From NCBI GenBank assembly GCA_964016885.1, contig OZ024741.1, forward strand, positions 248,868,001-248,932,000: DNA of 64,000 bases, written 5' to 3'. The position numbers and the translations under genes were made by a program. Shown here in pieces: positions 24,720 to 38,800 of this stretch. This stretch comes from Eledone cirrhosa (taxonomy: Eukaryota). The stretch's first letter is position 1. Every line of letters starts with the position of its first letter. The notes below the pieces were generated by a model that saw nothing but the letters and a program-made list of their open reading frames with translations, made no database searches and was not told the origin of the DNA.

Positions 24720-27700
24720 AAAAAATCAGGGGGAGATAATTTGTAAAAAAAATCAAGGGGAGATAATTTCCAGCCGTCCAAGGGGAGATAATTTTCAGCC
24801 GTCCAAGGAGAGGTAAATTCTAGCCGTCCAAGGAGAGATAATTTCCAGGCGTCCAAGGGGAGATAATTTCCAGCCAGCCAAGGGGAGATAATTTGTAAAA
24901 AAATCAGGGGTAGATAATTTGTAAAAAAAAACCAGGGGGAGATAATTTGTAAAAAAAAATCAGGGGGAGATTGTAAAAAAAATCAAGGGGAGATAATTTC
25001 CAGCCGTCCAAGGGGAGATAATTTTCAGCCGTCCAAGGAGAGGTAATTTCTAGCCGTCCAAGGGGAGATAAGTTCCAGCGTCCAAGGGGAGATAATTTTC
25101 AGCCGTCCAAGGAGAGGTAATTTCTAGCCGTCCAAAGGGAGATAAGTTCCAGCCTCCAAGGGGAGATAATTTCCAGCCAGCCAAGGGGAGATAATTTGTA
25201 AAAAAATCAGGGGGAGATAATTTGTAAAAAAAAAATCAGGGGGAGATAATTTGTAAAAAAATCAGGGGGAGATAATTTGTAAAAAAAAAATCAGGGGGAG
25301 ATAATTTGTAAAAAAAATCAGGGGGAGATAATTTGTAAAAAAAATCAGGGGTAGATAATTTGTAAAAAAAATCAGGGGGAGATAATTTGTAAAAAAAATC
25401 AGGGGGAGATAATTTGTAAAAAAAATCAGGGGTAGATAATTTTCAGCCGTCCAAGGGGAGATAATTTCCATCCTTCCAAGGGGAGATAATTTCCAGCCGT
25501 CCAAGGGGAGATAATTTCCCGCCAGCCAAGGAGAGATAACATTTAAAAAAATCAGGCGGAGATAATTTGTAAAAAAAATCAGGGGGAGATAATTTGTAAA
25601 AAAATCAGGGGGAGATAATTTGTAAAAAAAATCAGGGGTAGATAATTTCCAGCCGTCCAAGGGGAGATAATTTCCATCCTTCCAAGGGGAGATAATTTCC
25701 AGCCGTCCAAGGGGAGATAATTTCCCGCCAGCCAAGGAGAGTTAATATTTAAAAAAATCAGGCGGAGATAATTTGTAAAAAAAATCAGGGGGAGATAATT
25801 TGTAAAAAAATCAGGGGGAGAAAATTTGTAAAAAAAAATCAGGGGGAGATAATTTGTAAAAAAAATCAGGGGGAGATAATTTGTAAAAAAAAATCAGGGG
25901 TAGATAATTTGTAAAAAAAAATCAGGGGGAGATAATTTGTAAAAAAAAATCAGGGGGAGATAATTTGTAAAAAAATCAAGGGGAGATAATTTCCAGCCGT
26001 CCAAGGGGAGATAATTTTATGCCGTCCAAGGAGAGGTAATTTCTAGCCGTCCAAGGGGAGATAATTTCCAGCCGTCCAAGGGGAGATAATTTTTTTAAAA
26101 AAATCAGGCGGAGATAATTTGTAAACAAAAATCAGGGGGAGATAATTTGTAAAAAAAAATCAGGGGGAGGTAATTTGTAAAAAAAAATCAGGGGGAGATA
26201 ATTTGTAAAAAAAATCAAGGGGAGATAATTTCCAGCCGTCCAAGGGGAGGTAATATCTAGCCATCCAAGGGGAGATAATTTCCAGCCGTCCAAGGGGAGA
26301 TAATTTCCAGCCGTCCAAGGGGAGATAATATCCAGCCGTCCAAGGAGACATATTTTCCAGCCGTCCAAGGAGACGTAATTTCTAGCCGTCCAAGGGGAGA
26401 TAAGTTCCAGCCTCCAAGGGGAGATAATTTCCAGCCGTCCAAGGAGAGGTAAATTCTAGCCGTCCAAGGAAAGATAATTTCCAGGCGTCCAAGGGGAGAT
26501 AATTTCCAGCCAGCCAAGGGGAGATAATTTGTAAAAAAATCAGGGGTAGATAATTTGTAAAAAAAAACCAGGGGGAGATAATCTGTAAAAAAAAATCAGG
26601 GGGAGATAATTTGTAAAAAAAATCAAGGGGAGATAATTTCCAGCCGTCCAAGGGGAGATAATTTTCAGCCGTCCAAGGAGAGGTAAATTCTAGCCGTCCA
26701 AGGAGAGATAATTTCCTGGCGTCCAAGGGGAGATAATTTCCAGCCAGCCAAGGGGAGATAATTTGTAAAAAAATCAGGGGTAGATAATTTGTAAAAAAAA
26801 ACCAGGGGGAGATAATTTGTAAAAAAAAATCAGGGGGAGATAATTTGTAAAAAAATCAAGGGGAGATAATTTCCAGCCGTCCAAGGGGAGATAATTTTCA
26901 GCCGTCCAAGGAGAGGTAATTTCTAGCCGTCCAAGGGGAGATAAGTTCCAGCCTCCAAGGGGAGATAATTTTCAGCCGTCCAAGGAGAGGTAATTTCTAG
27001 CCGTCCAAGGGGAGATAAGTTCCAGCCTCCAAGGGGAGATAATTTCCAGCCAGCCAAGGGGAGATAATTTGTAAAAAAATCAGGGGGAGATAATTTGTAA
27101 AAAAAAAATCAGGGGGAGATAATTTGTAAAAAAATCAGGGGGAGATAATTTGTAAAAAAAAAATCAGGGGGAGATAATTTGTAAAAAAAATCAGGGGGAG
27201 ATAATTTGTAAAAAAAATCAGGGGTAGATAATTTGTAAAAAAAATCAGGGGGAGATAATTTGTAAAAAAAATCAGGGGGAGATAATTTGTAAAAAAAATC
27301 AGGGGTAGATAATTTTCAGCCGTCCAAGGGGAGATAATTTCCATCCTTCCAAGGGGAGATAATTTCCAGCCGTCCAAGGGGAGATAATTTCCCGCCAGCC
27401 AAGGAGAGATAACATTTAAAAAAATCAGGCGGAGATAATTTGTAAAAAAAATCAGGGGGAGATAATTTGTAAAAAAATCAGGGGGAGATAATTTGTAAAA
27501 AAAATCAGGGGTAGATAATTTCCAGCCGTCCAAGGGGAGATAATTTCCATCCTTCCAAGGGGAGATAATTTCCAGCCGTCCAAGGGGAGATAATTTCCCG
27601 CCAGCCAAGGAGAGATAATATTTAAAAAAATCAGGCGGAGATAATTTGTAAAAAAAATCAGGGGGAGATAATTTGTAAAAAAATCAGGGGGAGAAAATTT

Positions 27701-30180
27701 GTAAAAAAAAATCAGGGGGAGATAATTTGTAAAAAAAATCAGGGGGAGATAATTTGTAAAAAAAAATCAGGGGTAGATAATTTGTAAAAAAAAATCAGGG
27801 GGAGATAATTTGTAAAAAAAAATCAGGGGGAGATAATTTGTAAAAAAATCAAGGGGAGATAATTTCCAGCCGTCCAAGGGGAGATAATTTTCAGCCGTCC
27901 AAGGAGAGGTAATTTCTAGCCGTCCAAGGGGAGATAATTTCCAGCCGTCCAAGGGGAGATAATTTTTTTAAAAAAATCAGGCGGAGATAATTTGTAAACA
28001 AAAATCAGGGGGAGATAATTTGTAAAAAAAAATCAGGGGGAGGTAATTTGTAAAAAAAAATCAGGGGGAGATAATTTGTAAAAAAAATCAAGGGGAGATA
28101 ATTTCCAGCCGTCCAAGGGGAGGTAATATCTAGCCATCCAAGGGGAGATAATTTCCAGCCGTCCAAGGGGAGATAATTTCCAGCCGTCCAAGGGGAGATA
28201 ATATCCAGCCGTCCAAGGAGACATATTTTCCAGCCGTCCAAGGAGACGTAATTTCTAGCCGTCCAAGGGGAGATAAGTTCCAGCCTCCAAGGGGAGATAA
28301 TTTCCAGCCGTCCAAGGAGAGGTAAATTCTAGCCGTCCAAGGAAAGATAATTTCCAGGCGTCCAAGGGGAGATAATTTCCAGCCAGCCAAGGGGAGATAA
28401 TTTGTAAAAAAATCAGGGGTAGATAATTTGTAAAAAAAAACCAGGGGGAGATAATCTGTAAAAAAAAATCAGGGGGAGATAATTTGTAAAAAAAATCAAG
28501 GGGAGATAATTTCCAGCCGTCCAAGGGGAGATAATTTTCAGCCGTCCAAGGAGAGGTAAATTCTAGCCGTCCAAGGAGAGATAATTTCCAGGCGTCCAAG
28601 GGGAGATAATTTCCAGCCAGCCAAGGGGAGATAATTTGTAAAAAAATCAGGGGTAGATAATTTGTAAAAAAAAACCAGGGGGAGATAATTTGTAAAAAAA
28701 AATCAGGGGGAGATAATTTGTAAAAAAAATCAAGGGGAGATAATTTCCAGCCGTCCAAGGGGAGATAATTTTCAGCCGTCCAAGGAGAGGTAATTTCTAG
28801 CCGTCCAAGGGGAGATAAGTTCCAGCCTCCAAGGGGAGATAATTTTCAGCCGTCCAAGGAGAGGTAATTTCTAGCCGTCCAAGGGGAGATAAGTTCCAGC
28901 CTCCAAGGGGAGATAATTTCCAGCCAGCCAAGGGGAGATAATTTGTAAAAAAATCAGGGGGAGATAATTTGTAAAAAAAAAATCAGGGGGAGATAATTTG
29001 TAAAAAAATCAGGGGGAGACAATTTGTAAAAAAAAAATCAGGGGGAGATAATTTGTAAAAAAAATCAGGGGGAGATAATTTGTAAAAAAAATCAGGGGTA
29101 GATAATTTGTAAAAAAAATCAGGGGGAGATAATTTGTAAAAAAAATCAGGGGGAGATAATTTGTAAAAAAAATCAGGGGTAGATAATTTTCAGCCGTCCA
29201 AGGGGAGATAATTTCCATCCTTCCAAGGGGAGATAATTTCCAGCCGTCCAAGGGGAGATAATTTCCCGCCAGCCAAGGAGAGATAACATTTAAAAAAATC
29301 AGGCGGAGATAATTTGTAAAAAAAATCAGGGGGAGATAATTTGTAAAAAAATCAGGGGGAGATAATTTGTAAAAAAAATCAGGGGTAGATAATTTCCAGC
29401 CGTCCAAGGGGAGATAATTTCCATCCTTCCAAGGGGAGATAATTTCCAGCCGTCCAAGGGGAGATAATTTCCCGCCAGCCAAGGAGAGATAATATTTAAA
29501 AAAATCAGGCGGAGATAATTTGTAAAAAAAATCAGGGGGAGATAATTTGTAAAAAAATCAGGGGGAGAAAATTTGTAAAAAAAAATCAGGGGGAGATAAT
29601 TTGTAAAAAAAATCAGGGGGAGATAATTTGTAAAAAAAAATCAGGGGTAGATAATTTGTAAAAAAAAATCAGGGGGAGATAATTTGTAAAAAAAAATCAG
29701 GGGGAGATAATTTGTAAAAAAATCAAGGGGAGATAATTTCCAGCCGTCCAAGGGGAGATAATTTTCAGCCGTCCAAGGAGAGGTAATTTCTAGCCGTCCA
29801 AGGGGAGATAATTTCCAGCCGTCCAAGGGGAGATAATTTTTTTAAAAAAATCAGGCGGAGATAATTTGTAAACAAAAATCAGGGGGAGATAATTTGTAAA
29901 AAAAAATCAGGGGGAGGTAATTTGTAAAAAAAAATCAGGGGGAGATAATTTGTAAAAAAAATCAAGGGGAGATAATTTCCAGCCGTCCAAGGGGAGGTAA
30001 TATCTAGCCATCCAAGGGGAGATAATTTCCAGCCGTCCAAGGGGAGATAATTTCCAGCCGTCCAAGGGGAGATAATATCCAGCCGTCCAAGGAGACATAT
30101 TTTCCAGCCGTCCAAGGAGACGTAATTTCTAGCCGTCCAAGGGGAGATAAGTTCCAGCCTCCAAGGGGAGATAATTTCCA
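24720..30180 (+). repeat. Tandem higher-order repeat, unit 1873-1874 bp (about 3 copies)
   Basis: ORF offsets 25262/27135/29009 and 26132/28005/29879. Local variants ACCAGGGGG, ATCTGTAAA, GGAAAGATA and GAGAAAATTTGT. Confidence 0.9.
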
Positions 30181-31619
30181 GCCAGCCAAGGGGAGATAAT
30201 TTGTAAAAAAATTAGGGGGAGATAATTTGTAAAAAAAAATTAGGGGGAGATAATTTGTAAAAAAAAATCAGGGGGAGATAATTTGTAAAAAAAAATCAGG
30301 GGGAGATAATTTGTAAAAAAAATCAAGGGGAGATAATTTCCAGCCAGCCAAGGGGAGATAATTTGTAAAAAAATTAGGGGGAGATAATTTGTAAAAAAAA
30401 ATTAGGGGGAGATAATTTGTAAAAAAAAATCAGGGGGAGATAATTTGTAAAAAAAAATCAGGGGGAGATAATTTGTAAAAAAAAAATCAGGCGGAGATAA
30501 TTTGTAAAAAAATCAAGGGGAGATAATTTCCAGCCGTCCAAGGGGAGATAATTTTCAGCCGTCCAAGGAGAGGTAATTTCTAGCCGTCCAAGGGGAGATA
30601 ATTTCCAGCCGTCCAAGGGGAGATAATTTTTTTAAAAAAATCAGGCGGAGATAATTTGTAAACAAAAATCAGGGGGAGATAATTTGTAAAAAAAAATCAG
30701 GGGGAGATAATTTGTAAAAAAAATCAGGGGGAGATAATTTGTAAAAAAAATCAAGGGGAGATAATTTGTAAAAAAAAATCAGGGGTAGATAATTTGTAAA
30801 AAAAAATCAGGGGGAGATAATTTGTAAAAAAAAAATCAGGGGGAGATAATTTGTAAAAAAATGAAGGGGAGATAATTTCCAGCCGTCCAAGGGGAGATAA
30901 TTTTCAGCCGTCCAAGGAGAGGTAATTTCTAGCCGTCCAAGGGGAGATAATTTCCAGCCAGCCAAGGGGAGATAATTTGTAAAAAAATCAGGGGTAGATA
31001 ATTTGTAAAAAAAAATCAGGGGGAGATAATTTGTAAAAAAAATCAGGGGGAGATAATTTGTAAAAAAAATCAGGGGTAGATAATTTCCAGCCGTCCAAGG
31101 GGAGATAATTTCCATCCTTCCAAGGGGAGATAATTTCCAGCCGTCCAAGGGGAGATAATTTCCCGCCAGCCAAGGAGAGAATACATTTAAAAAAATCAGG
31201 CGGAGATAATTTGTAAAAAAAATCAGGGGGAGATAATTTGTAAAAAAATCAGGGGGAGATAATTTGTAAAAAAAATCAGGGGTAGATAATTTCCAGCCGT
31301 CCAAGGGGAGATAATTTCCATCCTTCCAAGGGGAGATAATTTCCAGCCGTCCAAGGGGAGATAATTTCCCGCCAGCCAAGGAGAGATAATATTTAAAAAA
31401 ATCAGGCGGAGATAATTTGTAAAAGAAATCAGGGGGAGATAATTTGTAAAAAAATCAGGAGATAATTTGTAAAAAAAAATCAGGGGAGATAATTTGTAAA
31501 AAAAATCAGGGGGAGATAATTTGTAAAAAAAAATCAGGGGTAGATAATTTGTAAAAAAAATCAGGGGGAGATAATTTGTAAAAAAAAAATCAGGGGGAGA
31601 TAATTTGCAAAAAAATCAA

Positions 31620-34600
31620 GGGGAGATAATTTCCAGCCGTCCAAGGGGAGATAATTTTTTTTAAAAAATCAGGCGGAGATAATTTGTAAACAAAAATCAG
31701 GGGGAGATAATTTGTAAAAAAAAATCAGGGGGAGATAATTTGTAAAAAAAAATCAGGGGGAGATAATTTGTAAAAAAAATCAAGGGGAGATAATTTCCAG
31801 CCGTCCAAGGGGAGGTAATATCTAGCCATCCAAGGGGAGATAATTTCCAGCCGTCCAAGGGGAGATAATTTCCAGCCGTCCAAGGGGAGATAATATCCAG
31901 CCGTCCAAGGAGACATATTTTCCAGCCGTCCAAGGAGAGGTAATTTCTAGCCGTCCAAGGGGAGATAAGTTCCAGCCTCCAAGGGGAGATAATTTCCAGC
32001 CAGCCAAGGGGAGATAATTTGTAAAAAAATCAGGGGGAGATAATTTGTAAAAAAAAAATCAGGGGGAGATAATTTGTAAAAAAATCAGGGGGAGATAATT
32101 TGTAAAAAAAAAATCAGGGGGAGATAATTTGTAAAAAAAATCAGGGGGAGATAATTTGTAAAAAAAATCAGGGGTAGATAATTTGTAAAAAAAATCAGGG
32201 GGAGATAATTTGTAAAAAAAATCAGGGGGAGATAATTTGTAAAAAAAATCAGGGGTAGATAATTTTCAGCCGTCCAAGGGGAGATAATTTCCATCCTTCC
32301 AAGGGGAGATAATTTCCAGCCGTCCAAGGGGAGATAATTTCCCGCCAGCCTAGGAGAGATAACATTTTAAAAAATCAGGCGGAGATAATTTGTAAAAAAA
32401 ATCAGGGGGAGATAATTTGTAAAAAAATCAGGGGGAGATAATTTGTAAAAAAAATCAGGGGTAGATAATTTCCAGCCGTCCAAGGGGAGATAATTTCCAT
32501 CCTTCCAAGGGGAGATAATTTCCAGCCGTCCAAGGGGAGATAATTTCCCGCCAGCCAAGGAGAGATAATATTTAAAAAAATCAGGCGGAGATAATTTGTA
32601 AAAAAAATCAGGGGGAGATAATTTGTAAAAAAATCAGGGGGAGATAATTTGTAAAAAAAAATCAGGGGGAGATAATTTGTAAAAAAAATCAGGGGGAGAT
32701 AATTTGTAAAAAAAAATCAGGGGTAGATAATTTGTAAAAAAAAATCAGGGGGAGATAATTTGTAAAAAAAAATCAGGGGGAGATAATTTGTAAAAAAATC
32801 AAGGGGAGATAATTTCCAGCCGTCCAAGGGGAGATAATTTTCAGCCGTCCAAGGAGAGGTAATTTCTAGCCGTCCAAGGGGAGATAATTTCCAGCCGTCC
32901 AAGGGGAGATAATTTTTTTAAAAAAATCAGGCGGAGATAATTTGTAAACAAAAATCAGGGGGAGAGAATTTGTAAAAAAAAATCAGGGGGAGGTAATTTG
33001 TAAAAAAAAATCAGGGGGAGATAATTTGTAAAAAAAATCAAGGGGAGATAATTTCCAGCCGTCCAAGGGGAGGTAACATCTAGCCATCCAAGGGGAGATA
33101 ATTTCCAGCCGTCCAAGGGGAGATAATTTCCAGCCGTCTAAGGGGAGATAATATCCAGCCGTCCAAGGAGAGATATTTTCCAGCCGTCCAAGGAGACGTA
33201 ATTTCTTGCCGTCCAAGGGGAGATAAGTTCCAGCCTCCAAGGGGAGATAATTTCCAGCCAGCCAAGGGGAGATAATTTGTAAAAAAATTAGGGGGAGATA
33301 ATTTGTAAAAAAAAATTAGGGGGAGATAATTTGTAAAAAAAAATCAGGTGGAGATAATTTGTAAAAAAAAATCAGGGGGAGATAATTTGTAAAAAAAATC
33401 AAGGGGAGATAATTTCCAGCCGTCCAAGGGGAGATAATTTTCAGCCGTCCAAGGAGAGGTAAATTGTAGCCGTCCAAGGAGATATAATTTCCAGCCGTCC
33501 AAGGGGAGATAATTTCCAGCCGTCCAAGGGGAGATAATTTTAAAAAAAAAATCAGGCGGAGATAATTTGTAAACAAAAATCAGGGGGAGATAATTTTTAA
33601 AAAAAAATCAGGGGGAGATAATTTGTAAAAAAAAATCAGGGGGAGATAATTTGTAAAAAAAATCAAGGGGAGATAATTTCCAGCCGTCCAAGGGGACGTA
33701 ATATCTAGCCATCCAAGGGGAGATAATTTCCAGCCGTCCAAGGGGAGATAATTTTTTTTAAAAAATCAGGCGGAGATAATTTGTAAACAAAAATCAGGGG
33801 GAGATAATTTGTAAAAAAAAATCAGGGGGAGATAATTTGTAAAAAAAAATCAGGGGGAGATAATTTGTAAAAAAAATCAAGGGGAGATAATTTCCAGCCG
33901 TCCAAGGGGAGGTAATATCTAGCCATCCAAGGGGAGATAATTTCCAGCCGTCCAAGGGGAGATAATTTCCAGCCGTCCAAGGGGAGATAATATCCAGCCG
34001 TCCAAGGAGACATATTTTCCAGCCGTCCAAGGAGAGGTAATTTCTAGCCGTCCAAGGGGAGATAAGTTCCAGCCTCCAAGGGGAGATAATTTCCAGCCAG
34101 CCAAGGGGAGATAATTTGTAAAAAAATCAGGGGGAGATAATTTGTAAAAAAAAAATCAGGGGGAGATAATTTGTAAAAAAATCAGGGGGAGATAATTTGT
34201 AAAAAAAAAATCAGGGGGAGATAATTTGTAAAAAAAATCAGGGGGAGATAATTTGTAAAAAAAATCAGGGGTAGATAATTTGTAAAAAAAATCAGGGGGA
34301 GATAATTTGTAAAAAAAATCAGGGGGAGATAATTTGTAAAAAAAATCAGGGGTAGATAATTTTCAGCCGTCCAAGGGGAGATAATTTCCATCCTTCCAAG
34401 GGGAGATAATTTCCAGCCGTCCAAGGGGAGATAATTTCCCGCCAGCCTAGGAGAGATTACATTTTAAAAAATCAGGCGGAGATAATTTGTAAAAAAAATC
34501 AGGGGGAGATAATTTGTAAAAAAATCAGGGGGAGATAATTTGTAAAAAAAATCAGGGGTAGATAATTTCCAGCCGTCCAAGGGGAGATAATTTCCATCCT

Positions 34601-35813
34601 TCCAAGGGGAGATAATTTCCAGCCGTCCAAGGGGAGATAATTTCCCGCCAGCCAAGGAGAGATAATATTTAAAAAAATCAGGCGGAGATAATTTGTAAAA
34701 AAAATCAGGGGGAGATAATTTGTAAAAAAATCAGGGGGAGATAATTTGTAAAAAAAAATCAGGGGGAGATAATTTGTAAAAAAAATCAGGGGGAGATAAT
34801 TTGTAAAAAAAAATCAGGGGTAGATAATTTGTAAAAAAAAATCAGGGGGAGATAATTTGTAAAAAAAAATCAGGGGGAGATAATTTGTAAAAAAATCAAG
34901 GGGAGATAATTTCCAGCCGTCCAAGGGGAGATAATTTTCAGCCGTCCAAGGAGAGGTAATTTCTAGCCGTCCAAGGGGAGATAATTTCCAGCCGTCCAAG
35001 GGGAGATAATTTTTTTAAAAAAATCAGGCGGAGATAATTTGTAAACAAAAATCAGGGGGAGAGAATTTGTAAAAAAAAATCAGGGGGAGATAATTTGTAA
35101 AAAAAAATCAGGGGGAGATAATTTGTAAAAAAAATCAAGGGGAGATAATTTCCAGCCGTCCAAGGGGAGGTAACATCTAGCCATCCAAGGGGAGATAATT
35201 TCCAGCCGTCCAAGGGGAGATAATTTCCAGCCGTCTAAGGGGAGATAATATCCAGCCGTCCAAGGAGACATATTTTCCAGCCGTCCAAGGAGACGTAATT
35301 TCTTGCCGTCCAAGGGGAGATAAGTTCCAGCCTCCAAGGGGAGATAATTTCCAGCCAGCCAAGGGGAGATAATTTGTAAAAAAATTAGGGGGAGATAATT
35401 TGTAAAAAAAAATTAGGGGGAGATAATTTGTAAAAAAAAATCAGGTGGAGATAATTTGTAAAAAAAAATCAGGGGGAGATAATTTGTAAAAAAAATCAAG
35501 GGGAGATAATTTCCAGCCGTCCAAGGGGAGATAATTTTCAGCCGTCCAAGGAGAGGTAAATTGTAGCCGTCCAAGGAGATATAATTTCCAGCCGTCCAAG
35601 GGGAGATAATTTCCAGCCGTCCAAGGGGAGATAATTTTAAAAAAAAAATCAGGCGGAGATAATTTGTAAACAAAAATCAGGGGGAGATAATTTTTAAAAA
35701 AAAATCAGGGGGAGATAATTTGTAAAAAAAAATCAGGGGGAGATAATTTGTAAAAAAAATCAAGGGGAGATAATTTCCAGCCGTCCAAGGGGACGTAATA
35801 TCTAGCCATCCAA
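31620..35813 (+). repeat. Tandem higher-order duplication, unit 2097 bp (2 copies)
   Basis: ORF offsets 31697/33794, 32085/34182, 32717/34814 and 33316/35413 are all 2097. The junction is visible as a truncated P cassette near 33720. Confidence 0.92.
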
Positions 35814-38800
35814 GGGGAGATAATTTCCAGCCGTCCAAGGGGAGATAATTTCCAGCCGTCCAAGGGGAGATAATATCCAGCCGTCCAAGGAGACATATTT
35901 TCCAGCCGTCCAAGGAGAGGTAATTTCTAGCCGTCCAAGGGGAGATAAGTTCCAGCCTCCAAGGGGAGATAATTTCCAGCCAGCCAAGGGGAGATAATTT
36001 GTAAAAAAATCAGGGGGGAGATAATTTGTAAAAAAAATCAGGGGGAGATAATTTGAAAAAAAAATCAGGGGGAGATAATTTGTAAAAAATATCAAGGGGA
36101 GATAATTTCCAGCCCTCCAAGGGGCTATAATTTCCAGCCGTGCAAGGGGAGATAATTTCCAGCCGTCCAAGGGGAGATAATTTCCATCCTTCCAAGGGGA
36201 GATAATTTCCAGCCGTCCAAGGGGAGATAATTTCCCGCCAGCCAAGGGAAGATAATTTTTTAAAAAATCAGGCGGAGATTGTAAAAAAAATCAGGGGGAG
36301 ATAATTTGTAAAAAAATCAGGGGGAGATAATTTGTAAAAAAAAAATCAGGGGGAGATAATTTGTAAAAAAAAATCAGGGGGAGATAATTTGTAAAAAAAA
36401 TCAGGGGTGATAATTTGTAAAAAAAATCAGGGGTAGATAATTTGTAAAAAAAATCAGGGGGAGATAATTTGTAAAAAAAATCAGGGGGAGATAATTTGTA
36501 AAAAAAATCAGGGGTAGATAATTTTCAGCCGTCCAAGGGGAGATAATTTCCATCCTTCCAAGGGGAGATAATTTCCAGCCGTCCAAGGGGAGATAATTTC
36601 CCGCCAGCCAAGGAGAGATAACATTTAAAAAAATCAGGCTGAGATAATTTGTAAAAAAATCAGGGGGAGATAATTTGTAAAAAAAATCAGGGGTAGATAA
36701 TTTTCAGCCGTCCAAGGGGAGATAATTTCCATCCTTCCAAGGGGAGATAATTTCCAGCCGTCCAAGGGGAGATAATTTCCCGCCAGCCAAGGAGAGATAA
36801 CATTTAAAAAAATCAGGGGGAGATAATTTGTAAAAAAAAATCAGGGGGAGATAATTCGTAAAAAAAAATCAGGGGGAGATAATTTGTAAAAAAAAATCAG
36901 GGGTAGATAATTTGTAAAAAAAAATCAGGGGGAGATAATTTGTAAAAAAAAAATCAGGGGGAGATAATTTGTAAAAAAATCAAGGGGAGATAATTTCCAG
37001 CCGTCCAAGGGGAGATAATTTTCAGCCGTCCAAGGAGAGGTAATTTCTAGCCGTCCAAGGGGAGATAATTTCCAGCCGTCCAAGGGGAGATAATTTTTTT
37101 AAAAAAATCAGGCGGAGATAATTTGTAAACAAAAATCAGGGGGAGATAATTTGTAAAAAAAAATCAGGGGGAGATAATTTGTAAAAAAAAATCAGGGGGA
37201 GATAATTTGTAAAAAAAATCAAGGGGAGATAATTTGTAAAAAAAAATCAGGGGTAGATAATTTGTAAAAAAATATCAGGGGGAGATAATTTGTAAAAAAA
37301 AAATCAGGGGGAGATAATTTTTAAAAAAATCAAGGGGAGATAATTTCCAGCCGTCCAAGGGGAGATAATTTTCAGCCGTCCAAGGAGAGGTAATTTCTAG
37401 CCGTCCAAGGGGAGATAATTTCCAGCCAGCCAAGGGGAGATAATTTGTAAAAAAATCAGGGGTAGATAATTTGTAAAAAAAAATCAGGGGGAGATAATTT
37501 GTAAAAAAAATCAGGGGGAGATAATTTGTAAAAAAAATCAGGGGGAGATAATTTGTAAAAAAAATCAGGGGTAGATAATTTTCAGCCGTCCAAGGGGAGA
37601 TAATTTCCATCCTTCCAAGGGGAGATAATTTCCAGCCGTCCAAGGGGAGATAATTTCCCGCCAGCCAAGGAGAGATAACATTTAAAAAAATCAGGCGGAG
37701 ATAATTTGTAAAAAAAATCAGGGGGAGATAATTTGTAAAAAAATCAGGGGGAGATAATTTGTAAAAAAAATCAGGGGTAGATAATTTCCAGCCGTCCAAG
37801 GGGAGATAATTTCCATCCTTCCAAGGGGAGATAATTTCCAGCCGTCCAAGGGGAGATAATTTCCCGCCAGCCAAGGAGAGATAATATTTAAAAAAATCAG
37901 GGGGAGATAATTTGTAAAAAAAAATCAGGGGGAGATAATTTGTAAAAAAAATCAGGGGGAGATAATTTGTAAAAAAAATCAGGGGTAGATAATTTGTAAA
38001 AAAAAATCAGGGGGAGATAATTTGTAAAAAAAAAATCAGGGGGAGATAATTTGTAAAAAAATCAAGGGGAGATAATTTCCAGCCGTCCAAGGGGAGATAA
38101 TTTTCAGCCGTCCAAGGAGAGGTAATATCTAGCCGTCCAAGGGGAGATAATTTCCAGCCGTCCAAGGGGAGATAATTTTTTAAAAAAAATCAGGCGGAGA
38201 TAATTTGTAAACAAAAATCAGGGGGAGATAATTTGTAAAAAAAAATCAGGGGGAGATAATTTGTAAAAAAAAATCAGGGGGAGATAATTTGTAAAAAAAA
38301 TCAAGGGGAGATAATTTCCAGCCGTCCAAGGGGAGGTAATATCTAGCCATCCAAGGGGAGATAATTTCCAGCCGTCAAGGGGAGATAATTTCCAGCCGTC
38401 CAAGGGGAGATAATATCCAGCCGTCCAAGGAGACATATTTTCCAGCCGACCAAGGAGAGGTAATTTCTAACCGTCCAAGGGGAGATAAGTTCCAGCCTCC
38501 AAGGGGAGATAATTTCCAGCCAGCCAAGGGGAGATAATTTGTAAAAAAATCAGGGGGAGATAATTTGTAAAAAAAAAATCAGGGGGAGATAATTTGTAAA
38601 AAAATCAGGGGGAGATAATTTGTAAAAAAAAAATCAGGGGGAGATAATTTGTAAAAAAAATCAGGGGGAGATAATTTGTAAAAAAAATCAGGGGTAGATA
38701 ATTTGTAAAAAAAATCAGGGGGAGATAATTTGTAAAAAAAATCAGGGGGAGATAATTTGTAAAAAAAATCAGGGGTAGATAATTTTCAGCCGTCCAAGGG

